DNA from: Candidatus Aminicenantes bacterium
GTDB taxonomy: Bacteria > Acidobacteriota > Aminicenantia > UBA2199
Direction: 5' to 3'
Assembly: GCA_018262835.1 (NCBI GenBank)
Contig: JADFDP010000001.1
Span: 32,081 to 96,080, forward strand
DNA: 64,000 bases
Shown: one piece after another, positions 9,342-17,776 of the stretch
Layout: each line of letters opens with the position of its first letter
How positions within the stretch are numbered: position 1 is the first letter of the stretch
The notes under the pieces: generated by a model
What the model was told of the DNA's origin: nothing
The model's database searches: none
Seen by the model: the letters and a program-made list of their open reading frames with translations, nothing else
Position numbers and translations under genes: made by a program

Positions 9342-10469
9342 TTAGCTGTCAAAGCTGAATTTCTTTCCGGCCGCCTGGCCACGCAGGGCCTTGATGATGG
9401 CCTCGTCCAGGGTGCTTGCCGCCGCCTGGTTTTTCAGCTTGTCCTTGACGAAGCGTTCGCGTTCCTTATGCAGGCGGGCGATCGTTGACTGCAGCGCTTC
9501 CCTTTTTTTCTGCATGGCCGCCACGTAGCCGTTGCGCTCAGCCGCGGACATGTTTTTCATTTCCTCCGGCAGTTCGGCCTCGGCCAATTCTTCCAATTTG
9601 ATTGCGCCCGTTTTCTTGGCGTCGACCAGGTCCCAAGCGGAGTTGCTGTACTGCGGGGCAGCCTTGGCCGCCGCCCGCTGGGCCATGACCTCGCCGCTTA
9701 CGCCTGCCGCGTTCAGGTCCTGCTCCTCTTGCCGCGCCTTGCCGCCGGCCCCGTCCCTGCCGTAGGCAATATAGGTCCGGTTCATTTCGCCGCTGAGGCG
9801 GGCGATCTCGCCATCCTGGGGAGCCGCGATCGGCGGCGGGGTCTGGTCGGCGTCGATGGCCAGGTACTGGCCGTCGGCCAGGTCGGCCCCGGCCTTCCAA
9901 TCCGTCCTCAGCCCCTCCTGGTAGTTGCCGCAAAAAATGGTATTGACGATGATGCCGCCCGCGATGGCTTCGCGGCACGAGTCCCGGTAGTCTATCCCGC
10001 CCTGGCTGAACGGTTCGTTGCCGGCGATGACGATCATCTTCAGGTCGCCGCTGTTGCCGCTCCACTCCAGGCCGCGCACCGCGCTCTGGATGACCTGGCC
10101 GCAATACTCCTGGCCGCCGTTGGTCTTCAGCTTGAATAGTTCCTCGGAAATGCGGTCCAGGTCGTCGCTCAAGGGGACGATGCGGCGCATGTAGGCGCTG
10201 GCGGCCGGGATGCCGTCCTGGCCGTACTCATAGAGGGCGACCTGCAGGCGTGGAGCCTGGCCGTTCTTCCTGGCCGTAGCCAGCTCGTTAACGATCTTCC
10301 ACAGCCGTGACTTGGCCTGGTCGATCAAACCGTCCATGCTGCCCGAGGTGTCCAGCAGGATCGCCAGCTGGATGCGCGCCTGCCCGGCGGGAACGGGGAG
10401 AGATTTCCCCTGCAGACAGACAGAAAACAGAACCGCCAGGATCAAAAGAAGAACGCTTTGTTTTTTCAT
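9342..10469 (-). CDS. secreted vWA-domain protein
   Basis: Signal peptide present. MIDAS motif AILLDTSGSMDG. Only 12 nt separate its stop from the start of the VIT-vWA gene, so it is probably the same operon. Confidence 0.7.
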   Translation of the reverse strand: MKKQSVLLLILAVLFSVCLQGKSLPVPAGQARIQLAILLDTSGSMDGLIDQAKSRLWKIVNELATARKNGQAPRLQVALYEYGQDGIPAASAYMRRIVPLSDDLDRISEELFKLKTNGGQEYCGQVIQSAVRGLEWSGNSGDLKMIVIAGNEPFSQGGIDYRDSCREAIAGGIIVNTIFCGNYQEGLRTDWKAGADLADGQYLAIDADQTPPPIAAPQDGEIARLSGEMNRTYIAYGRDGAGGKARQEEQDLNAAGVSGEVMAQRAAAKAAPQYSNSAWDLVDAKKTGAIKLEELAEAELPEEMKNMSAAERNGYVAAMQKKREALQSTIARLHKERERFVKDKLKNQAAASTLDEAIIKALRGQAAGKKFSFDS

Positions 10470-10550
10470 GTTGCCTCCTCAAGGTGTGGTTAGACGGCAG
10501 GAGGGAATAATTTTCTGAAAAGGATATGCAAATTAGATGAGATCGCAGTT

Positions 10551-10592
10551 AGGGGTTCAATACGAGATCGAGAGTGATCATATTGAACCCCT
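10551..10592. repeat. perfect 12-bp inverted repeat (AGGGGTTCAATA-N18-TATTGAACCCCT)
   Basis: Read directly. It lies in the divergent intergenic region between the vWA operon and gatE, 32 nt upstream of the gatE -35 box. Confidence 0.8.
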
Positions 10593-10623
10593 ACAATTGC
10601 CCCCGCTATCACCCTGGCGAACC

Positions 10624-10652
10624 TTGACACGCAGGCGGATCGGACATATAGT
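10624..10652 (+). promoter_or_regulatory. sigma-70-type promoter of gatED (TTGACA-N17-TATAGT)
   Basis: TTGACA at 10624-10629, a 17-nt spacer, then TATAGT at 10647-10652. This is 25 nt upstream of the gatE ATG. Confidence 0.6.
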
Positions 10653-10676
10653 AAACCCTGGCTCGCCGAGGAAAAA

Positions 10677-12656
10677 ATGAAGAAACCTTTTGCGCCGCAA
10701 CAAAACTACGAAAAGAGCCGCAAGCGGGTCGGCTATACTCCGCGCAATGAAACCAAGGCCGCAACCTATGCCAGACTGGGATTCAAATGCGGCCTGGAAG
10801 TGCACCAGCAGCTGCAGACCGAAAAAAAGCTGTTTTGCCACTGCCCGGCCGGCAGGTACCACAACCTTGAGGAATACGACGCCGAGATCGTCCGCCACAT
10901 GCGGCCGACCCTTTCCGAGCTGGGCGAATACGACGGCACGGCCCTGATGGAATTCAAGACCCGCAAGATTGTTATCTACCGGATCAAGAACGAGACTACC
11001 TGCACCTATGAAATAGACGACACGCCTCCTTTCCTGGTCAACCGCCAGGCCCTGGAGATCGCCATGGAGGTGGCGCTGCTGCTCAAGTGCAACATCGTCG
11101 GCGAGTTCCACATCACGCGCAAGCAGTACCTGGACGGCAGCATCCCCACCGGTTTTCAGCGCACCGGCATCCTGGGTATCGAAGGGGAGATCCCGCTGTG
11201 TCATAAAAAAATCCGGATCATCCAATTGAGCGTTGAAGAAGATGCCTGCCGGGAAATTTCCGATGTCGGCCACATGCGCATCTATTCCACCGACCGCCTG
11301 GGCATGCCCCTGATCGAGACCGTGACCTACCCCGAAATGCTGACCCCCGCCGAAGCCGCCGAAGCCGCCCAGTATATCCGCTTCCTGGCGCGCAGCACCG
11401 GCAAGGTGCGCACCGGCATCGGCGCCGCCCGCGAGGACGTCAATGTCAGCATCACGGGCGGCACGCGCGTGGAGATCAAGGGGGTGGCCCATATCGCCTG
11501 GATTCCCGAGCTGGTACACAACGAGGCCTTCCGCCAGAAAGCGCTGCTGGAGATCCGCGAGGAACTGCACCGGCGCGTCGGGGACGGCAAGGATTGGAAA
11601 ATTGATTCCAAAGAAGTGGAAGCCGACGTCCTGGGCTGCGATTTCCCCCCCATCCGGGACGCGCGAAAAAAGAAATTGCACCTGCTGGCCGTCAACCTGC
11701 CGGGATTCGGGGGACTCCTCTCCTTTTTCACCCAGCCCGGAAAAATGTTCGCCGACGAGATCGGCGACCGCCTGAAGGTCATCGCTTGCCTGGAGAGGCC
11801 CAACATGGTCCATTGCGAGCAGCCGGAAAAGACGCTGGGCGAGGACGCCTGCCATTGGCTGCGCAAGACTTTAAAAGCGGGTGAAGACGATGCCCAGCTG
11901 TTGTTCTGGGCTGCAGCCGACGACATCAAGACCGCCCTGGAAACCATCGAGGAGCGCTGCCGCCTGGCTTTCCAGGGCGTGCCCAACGAGACGCGGAAAG
12001 GGCTGGCCGACGGCCGCACCATTTTCGAGCGGGTTCTGCCCGGCCCGGACCGTATGTATCCCGACACCGACTCGGCCCCGATCCCGGTCGAGGATGACCT
12101 GATCGAGCGCGTCCGTTCCGGCCTTCCCCCCGAGATCCACTACCGGCTCGGCCAGTTCAAGGCCTGGGGCGTCCCGGAAGACACTTTCGCTTTCCTGCTA
12201 AAATACAACCTGGCTCCCTGGCTCGAAAAGATCAGTAGCGCTTTCGGCGTCGAAGCGCGTTTTGTCTCCGTGGTCCTGGGGCACGTCCTGAAAAATCTGA
12301 TGGGCAGGCAGCAGGGCGGCGCGGGTTTCAATTTCCAGCGGCTCTACGACCTGTTCGGTTTCGTCCGCGAGCAGAAGCTGGACCATGAGATCATCAAGGT
12401 CATGCTGCCGGTGGTGTTCCAGCATCCAAACATGGATTTCGAGTCGGTGCTGACCACGGTAAACTTCAAGCGGCTAGGGCGCGAGGAGATCCTGGCCCCG
12501 CTGCCCATCCTGAAGGAAAAATTCAAGAAGACCGGCACATCCAAGGACCCTGCCGCTGCCACGCGCTGGATTGTAGGCAATTTGCGGAAACTGGCGCTGG
12601 GCAACATGCCCATGCGTGAAGTCACGGCGCAGCTGGCCAAGGGGAAAAAATCATGA
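10677..12656 (+). CDS. gatE: Glu-tRNA(Gln) amidotransferase subunit E (archaeal-type GatE)
   Basis: GatB/E N-terminal motif GLEVHQQLQTEKKLFCHCP. Its 659-aa length with an inserted domain is typical of GatE rather than the ~480-aa GatB. ATGA overlap with the gatD start. Confidence 0.85.
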   Translation: MKKPFAPQQNYEKSRKRVGYTPRNETKAATYARLGFKCGLEVHQQLQTEKKLFCHCPAGRYHNLEEYDAEIVRHMRPTLSELGEYDGTALMEFKTRKIVIYRIKNETTCTYEIDDTPPFLVNRQALEIAMEVALLLKCNIVGEFHITRKQYLDGSIPTGFQRTGILGIEGEIPLCHKKIRIIQLSVEEDACREISDVGHMRIYSTDRLGMPLIETVTYPEMLTPAEAAEAAQYIRFLARSTGKVRTGIGAAREDVNVSITGGTRVEIKGVAHIAWIPELVHNEAFRQKALLEIREELHRRVGDGKDWKIDSKEVEADVLGCDFPPIRDARKKKLHLLAVNLPGFGGLLSFFTQPGKMFADEIGDRLKVIACLERPNMVHCEQPEKTLGEDACHWLRKTLKAGEDDAQLLFWAAADDIKTALETIEERCRLAFQGVPNETRKGLADGRTIFERVLPGPDRMYPDTDSAPIPVEDDLIERVRSGLPPEIHYRLGQFKAWGVPEDTFAFLLKYNLAPWLEKISSAFGVEARFVSVVLGHVLKNLMGRQQGGAGFNFQRLYDLFGFVREQKLDHEIIKVMLPVVFQHPNMDFESVLTTVNFKRLGREEILAPLPILKEKFKKTGTSKDPAAATRWIVGNLRKLALGNMPMREVTAQLAKGKKS

Positions 12657-14035
12657 GCGACCTGTTCAAGGGCTACAAGGGGCCGGCGCTGGAGCTGCTG
12701 AAAAAATTCAACATCCGCGTCTGGAGCGACACCGCGGTCAAGACCACGCGCGGCGATTTCAAGGGCATCGTGCTGCCGCGCTCGGAAAACGACGACGACA
12801 CGCATATCGTGCTCAAGCTGATCACGGGTTACAACGTGGGCATCGCCGTCGAGAGCGTCCTGGACATCCAGGAGTTCGGCTACAAGGAAGCCCATTACAA
12901 GATCCCGGAAAAGCAGTTCCCGTTCTCCAAGGAAAAGAAGAACGTCAAGCTGCTGGGCACGGGCGGGACCATCGCCTCACGCCTCGACTACCGCACCGGC
13001 GCCGTTATCCCCGCCTTCTCGCCCGGCGAGCTCTACGGCGCCGTCCCCGAGCTGGCCGATATCTGCAACCTCGCAACCGAGAAGCTCTTCGCCGTGTTCA
13101 GCGAGAACATGGGCCCCGAGCAGTACAAGGGGTTGGCCAAGGCCATCGGCGAGGAGATCCGCAAGGGCACCGACGGCATCGTCATCGGCCACGGCACCGA
13201 CACCATGCACCACACCGCGGGCATCCTCTCCTTCATGGTGCAGAATTCGCCGGTGCCCATCGTCATGGTCGGCTCGCAGCGCTCCTCGGACCGGCCGTCT
13301 TCGGACGCGGCCCTGAACCTGATGCACGCCACCAAGACCGCCGCCGATTCCGACATCGCCGAGATCATGGTCTGCATGTTCGGCCCCACCTCGGATGAGT
13401 ACGGCCTGCTGCACCGCGGCACGCGCGTGCGCAAGATGCATTCTTCCTACCGCTCCACCTTCCGCACCATCGGCGACATCCCCCTGGCCATGGTCGACCG
13501 CAAGAAGATCACGCCGCTGCGCCAGGACTACAAGCGCCGGCGCAACGACCGCAACGTGGACATCCTGCCGTTCTTCGAGGAGAAGGTGGGGATGCTCTAT
13601 TACTACCCCAACATGCAGCCCGACATGATCGATGCCATGGTCGACCACGGCTACCGGGGGATCGTCATCGCCGGCACCGGGCTGGGCCACGTCAACAAGC
13701 CGCTCTACCCGGCCATCGTGCGCGCGGCGGAAAAGGGCGTGACCATCTATATGACCGTGCAGACGCTCTGGGGCTACGTGCACATGTTCGTCTACGACAC
13801 CGGCCGCGACCTGATGGCCAAGGGCATCATCCCGGCCGAGAACATGCTCCCGGAAGTGGCCTACGTCAAGCTGGCCTGGGCATTAGGCCAAACAACGGAT
13901 CTCGACAAAGTGAAACAATTGATGCTGACCCCCATCGCTGGCGAGATCACCGAGCGCGAGCCTTATAATGGATACTTAATATTCCAGGGCGGCATCCCCG
14001 AGGTCGAAGAGTTTATCCGGAAATTTCACAAGTAA
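12653..14035 (+). CDS. gatD: Glu-tRNA(Gln) amidotransferase subunit D (archaeal-type GatD, asparaginase-like)
   Basis: GatD-specific N-terminal domain (GIVLPRSENDDDTHIVLKLITGYNVGI). Type-I asparaginase motifs follow (LLGTGGTIASRLDYRTG, GHGTDTM). Translationally coupled to gatE. Confidence 0.85.
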   Translation: MSDLFKGYKGPALELLKKFNIRVWSDTAVKTTRGDFKGIVLPRSENDDDTHIVLKLITGYNVGIAVESVLDIQEFGYKEAHYKIPEKQFPFSKEKKNVKLLGTGGTIASRLDYRTGAVIPAFSPGELYGAVPELADICNLATEKLFAVFSENMGPEQYKGLAKAIGEEIRKGTDGIVIGHGTDTMHHTAGILSFMVQNSPVPIVMVGSQRSSDRPSSDAALNLMHATKTAADSDIAEIMVCMFGPTSDEYGLLHRGTRVRKMHSSYRSTFRTIGDIPLAMVDRKKITPLRQDYKRRRNDRNVDILPFFEEKVGMLYYYPNMQPDMIDAMVDHGYRGIVIAGTGLGHVNKPLYPAIVRAAEKGVTIYMTVQTLWGYVHMFVYDTGRDLMAKGIIPAENMLPEVAYVKLAWALGQTTDLDKVKQLMLTPIAGEITEREPYNGYLIFQGGIPEVEEFIRKFHK

Positions 14036-14041
14036 AATCCG

Positions 14042-14102
14042 TCTTCTCCCCTGAACTGTTATTGAGGTTATTATATGGAAGTCGGGAGAAGAAGCTGCTA
14101 AT
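14042..14102. repeat. 9-bp inverted repeat TCTTCTCCC-N43-GGGAGAAGA immediately after the gatD stop
   Basis: Read directly. It sits exactly where G+C content drops, at the left edge of cassette 1. Confidence 0.6.
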
Positions 14103-14198
14103 AAAAATGTAATCGTTGCGTCTCTGATCGACCCCCATTCTCATGCAATAAAATTTAATCTCAGGCGTATAATAATATGGGAAACAGGATAAAAGAAA

Positions 14199-14768
14199 AT
14201 GACGAATGATGAAATAACCGGGTTGGTGAGCGAATGCCTCGCAGGTAAGAAAGAATCTTACGAGCCGATAGCCCGTTATTTCCAGGGGAAAATATACCGC
14301 ATTTGCTACCAAATCCTCGGGACCCCACAAGATGCTGAGGATGCTGCCATGGACGTTTTTATCAAAGCCTATCGATCTTTGACCGGTTACAATTCACAGT
14401 ATACTTTTTCCTCTTGGATATCCAGGATCGCTGTCAACCACTCCATCAGCGTATTTAGACGGAGGAAATTAGAAAATGATTATTTTACTCAACAGGTTTC
14501 AAACCAAGTGCTATCGACAGACAATCAATGCCCGGAGAAAGTTTTTATAAGCGATTGCCGGGAATCAGACCTTTCGGATGCCCTCGAAACCCTATCGGTC
14601 AAATTCCGCACAGCACTGATGCTGAAATACCAGGAAAACCTTTCCTACGATCAAATCGGAAAAATCCTCGATATACCGGTCAATACGGTTGGAAGTTTGA
14701 TCCTGCGAGGCAAAAAGGATTTAAGAAAAAAATTGAGCAATACCCAAACCCTAAACAAGGGGGCGTAA
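14199..14768 (+). CDS. ECF-type RNA polymerase sigma factor
   Basis: Sigma-70 region 2 (YFQGKIYRICYQILGTPQDAEDAAMDVFIKAY). Region 4 HTH (LSYDQIGKILDIPVNTVGSLILRGKKDLR). 189 aa. Confidence 0.85.
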   Translation: MTNDEITGLVSECLAGKKESYEPIARYFQGKIYRICYQILGTPQDAEDAAMDVFIKAYRSLTGYNSQYTFSSWISRIAVNHSISVFRRRKLENDYFTQQVSNQVLSTDNQCPEKVFISDCRESDLSDALETLSVKFRTALMLKYQENLSYDQIGKILDIPVNTVGSLILRGKKDLRKKLSNTQTLNKGA

Positions 14769-14770
14769 AA

Positions 14771-15277
14771 ATGAGTGGAATGTGTTATGATGAAACGCTG
14801 TATGCCGTATTTGTAGATAATGAAGCAGGGCCGGATCAACGGCGCGAAATCAAAACGCACCTCGATACATGTCCGGCATGCCGTGAAATAGTACGCGCGT
14901 TAGAAGCCGAAAATGAACAATTGAAAAAAGCGTTCAAATGGAACCACCCTACACCGGATTTGGTACCGGCCATTATGGAAAAACGGGATTCTGCCGCTTT
15001 TCCCTCAAAACCACAAAAGATAGTAGTCTTAAAACACGGGCAAAGCAACTGGCCGCATGTATTTGAATGGGGCCTGGCAACCGCTGCATCATTTCTGGTC
15101 ATAGGTCTTCTATATCTTTTTTTACTCTCCCCCAACCATACGCCACCTGCCCCCGAAACGCCTGAAAAAAACGTAATACTTTGCTCCGCCAGAGTGGCAG
15201 GAAAAGAAGCCAAAAGCTATATTTATGAAGAAGAAAATCGGGCTACCCAATTCATTTGGTTGGAGAAAGAAAAATGA
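14771..15277 (+). CDS. anti-sigma factor (zf-HC2 type, single-pass membrane)
   Basis: Starts 3 nt after the sigma-gene stop. H-x3-C-x2-C motif HLDTCPACRE. One TM helix (LATAASFLVIGLLYLFLL). Confidence 0.75.
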   Translation: MSGMCYDETLYAVFVDNEAGPDQRREIKTHLDTCPACREIVRALEAENEQLKKAFKWNHPTPDLVPAIMEKRDSAAFPSKPQKIVVLKHGQSNWPHVFEWGLATAASFLVIGLLYLFLLSPNHTPPAPETPEKNVILCSARVAGKEAKSYIYEEENRATQFIWLEKEK

Positions 15278-15324
15278 AAAAAAACTAGCCGAAAAGAACA
15301 CAAAAACATATATGGAGGTAACAA

Positions 15325-16779
15325 ATGAAAAAATGTTTTAAATCTATGATGTGTACGGTGCTTGTCAAACTTGTTTATTTCTCGATTGCCGTCGCAGTAG
15401 CGTTATGGGCATCAACCGATACACTGTTGGCTTCCGACGACATAGTGGTTCAACTCCGTTTCTACCAGGGACTCAATGAAAACGGAAGCAGCTCCGGGGT
15501 CATCGTAAGTTCCTATTACCAGAAAAAAACCTCGGACGATACGGTCTTTTCTTTCGTGGAAATAGACAAGGAAACCCAAAAACTTAAAGAAATCTACAAA
15601 CTAAAAGGTGTTAAACCCATTGGCAATTATGACCTTGTACTGAAAAACAACAAAGCAATAAAAATTTATACTACTATCGAAATGAGTGGAAAGAAATTGG
15701 GTTTCAGGCTGGCCCCTGTGCTCGACCAAAAGGATCGATTCGGGATCAAAATATTCACCGGCGAGGATGAAAAATTGCTCATGGAATCTGATATCGTCAT
15801 CCCAGAGGAGAAAACAGCCGTATTGGGTTTCAAAGATTCCGAAGAGAAAATCTATTTCGTCGCCTTTAACAGGAAAAAAGAATCGGACTTTTCAATTTTA
15901 AATAACTCCAAAACAGTTGAATCGCCAAAACTTATCAATAGAGTCGAACCGACTTACCCCACCGTATTGGCGAAAGAAAAATTGCAGGGCGAAGTCGTAT
16001 TGATCGGCCAAACCGACCTGGAAGGAAAAGTGATCGATGCGCAAGTGCTAAAAGGGCATCCTTTGCTTAATGCAATGACCCTGGCCGCAGTCCGAAAATG
16101 GGTATATACTCCCTGGAAAATCGATGGCATTACAAAGACAGTGGATTTCTCCATGATTTTCATGTACAGGCAAACCAGAAGCACAGGTGAGGCTTTTAAA
16201 AAAGACTGCGATGCGGTTATGAAGAAATATAACTCGTTGTTGAAAGAATACAAGCCCCAAAACGGGATCCCCCGGATAATGGAATTGGTTACGGTGATTG
16301 GCGAGAAAAACCCTCCGGATGCTCCGGATAGTCCAAAAGAGCCCCAAGAACCCACCTTAGCCCAGCAGCTGCATGCACAGACTGTGGAATCCCCGAAATT
16401 GATCCGACGCCCGGAACCCGTCTACCCAGAAAAAGCCCTGCAATCGAAAATACAAGGAAATGTGGTGCTGCAACTGGTGACGGACAACGCCGGGAAAACA
16501 GTAGCAGTAAAAGCACTGAGCGGTCACCCGCAGCTGGTTGAAGCTGCAACCGCAAATATCTTGAAATGGAAATATACCCCGTGGATAATCGATGGCGCGG
16601 TAAAACCGGTGGAAGCCAATATCATAGTGATTTTTCGACTGAAAATAAAAACGGCCGATGAAATCGATGCACAAGTCGATGCGGCTCTAAAAGCCAATGC
16701 GGATGTCCTGGGAAAACGAAAACCCGCCGGGCAAATTCCACGCCTTATGGAAGTCGTCGTCGTTGAAGGCGAAGAATAG
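15325..16779 (+). CDS. secreted/membrane-anchored protein with two tandem TonB C-terminal-like modules
   Basis: N-terminal hydrophobic anchor. Two 131-aa repeats (nt 15913-16305 and 16381-16773). Each begins TVESPKLI(N/R)R.EP.YP, as TonB_C domains do, and each ends IPR(I/L)ME.V.V.GE. Confidence 0.7.
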   Translation: MKKCFKSMMCTVLVKLVYFSIAVAVALWASTDTLLASDDIVVQLRFYQGLNENGSSSGVIVSSYYQKKTSDDTVFSFVEIDKETQKLKEIYKLKGVKPIGNYDLVLKNNKAIKIYTTIEMSGKKLGFRLAPVLDQKDRFGIKIFTGEDEKLLMESDIVIPEEKTAVLGFKDSEEKIYFVAFNRKKESDFSILNNSKTVESPKLINRVEPTYPTVLAKEKLQGEVVLIGQTDLEGKVIDAQVLKGHPLLNAMTLAAVRKWVYTPWKIDGITKTVDFSMIFMYRQTRSTGEAFKKDCDAVMKKYNSLLKEYKPQNGIPRIMELVTVIGEKNPPDAPDSPKEPQEPTLAQQLHAQTVESPKLIRRPEPVYPEKALQSKIQGNVVLQLVTDNAGKTVAVKALSGHPQLVEAATANILKWKYTPWIIDGAVKPVEANIIVIFRLKIKTADEIDAQVDAALKANADVLGKRKPAGQIPRLMEVVVVEGEE

Positions 16780-16844
16780 AATGAATAAATTAATTAGGTT
16801 TGAATAATCAATGCGAAATTAGCTTACCGAAGAAACATCAACCC

Positions 16845-16880
16845 AAAAGCCTCCGGCAAAACCCCGAGGCTTTTTTTTAT
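16845..16880 (+). terminator. rho-independent terminator of the ECF sigma/anti-sigma/TonB-like operon
   Basis: AAAAGCCTCCGG...CCCCGAGGCTTTT hairpin followed by a T8 tract. Confidence 0.7.
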
Positions 16881-16953
16881 TTTTGAATTTCCTCTTTTCT
16901 CCATTGTGTCTGGGGCGGTTGCCGTGTCGTGATGACCCCCAGCGCCCCTCAGC

Positions 16954-17052
16954 GCCGGCGAGATCACCGAGCGTGAGCCCTATAATGGATATTTAATATT
17001 CCAGGGCGGCATCCCAGAGGTCGAAGAGTTCATCCGCAAGTTCCATAAATAG
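16954..17052 (+). pseudogene. detached copy of the last 99 nt of gatD (remnant B)
   Basis: Encodes AGEITEREPYNGYLIFQGGIPEVEEFIRKFHK*, identical in amino acids to gatD 13937-14035. There are 12 nucleotide differences, all silent (including TAA to TAG). In-frame stops lie directly upstream, so it is not part of a gene. Confidence 0.9.
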
Positions 17053-17084
17053 TCATCATTCACGGGTATGGTGACAAGGTATTT

Positions 17085-17351
17085 TCAAGGCTTGCGCTTT
17101 TTCTTTCTTCCACCCGTTCCCGGCGCCGTCCGGCCCGGGCCGAAGTATTTTTCGCTGCGGTAGCGCAGCCAGACCCGCAGCACCTGGGGGACTTTTTCCT
17201 TTTGCTCACTGGAAAGGCTTTCGTAAAGCTTCATGGCCATGTCGCGGTGGGTGCGGCAGGCATGGTTGCGGTGCGCGTCCCAGTAGGAACGGGCCAGCCG
17301 GATCAGGCGGCAGGCTTCCTTGACGGGGTCGGGCAAAACGCTTCGTGACAT
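17085..17351 (-). CDS. small hypothetical protein with basic C-terminal tail
   Basis: 88 aa from the ATG at 17351 (MSRSVLPDPVKEACRLIRLARSYW...GGRKKKRKP). G+C-rich, unlike its flanks. No family recognised. Confidence 0.4.
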   Translation of the reverse strand: MSRSVLPDPVKEACRLIRLARSYWDAHRNHACRTHRDMAMKLYESLSSEQKEKVPQVLRVWLRYRSEKYFGPGRTAPGTGGRKKKRKP

Positions 17352-17428
17352 GGGAGAATGGTAACACATATGGAAGAATTGGGGCCAGGGCCAATGTGGT
17401 GCAAAGAGGGATTTCTGGCGCATGAAGC

Positions 17429-17552
17429 CCTACGTCAAGCTCCCCGGCGTGGAGCACGTCGACGGCACCGCCATCAACATCGAGATCGAGGACTTCATCA
17501 GCTCGGAGGCGGCCAACCCGGGGTCGAGAAGTTCAGCAGAAAGTTTCATAAG
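17429..17552 (+). pseudogene. degraded, frameshifted copy of the gatD 3' region (remnant C)
   Basis: 13-nt identity CCTACGTCAAGCT with gatD 13860-13872. After deletions and a frame change, GGGQPGVEKFSRKFHK matches GatD QGGIPEVEEFIRKFHK. Confidence 0.6.
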
Positions 17553-17622
17553 TCGGGGGAAACAAGAGGTTTGAACGTAATTTTCACGAAGTCAAGCATC
17601 GTTCTCATTCCTTTTTTCGCTA

Positions 17623-17651
17623 TTGCAAATTTAAGAAAAACTTATTAAAAT
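17623..17651 (+). promoter_or_regulatory. sigma-70-type promoter (TTGCAA-N17-TAAAAT) upstream of the PD40-propeller gene
   Basis: TTGCAA at 17623-17628, a 17-nt spacer, then TAAAAT at 17646-17651. Confidence 0.5.
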
Positions 17652-17776
17652 TTTATCATTGAGAAAATCGATTTGCCTATTGGCTTTTCCTAAATATTTT
17701 TCGGCAATCCTTATGGTGGCTGGATGGATGCAATATGCATGAGACGTTTTAACCTAAGAAATAGGGGGTATTCATA

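Noticed and set aside
10578-11855. 425-aa ORF antisense to gatE
   Set aside because: It lies entirely opposite a confidently identified gene. The composition is Gly/Ala/Asp/Leu-rich, typical of shadow frames in G+C-rich DNA. It has no RBS and no motifs.
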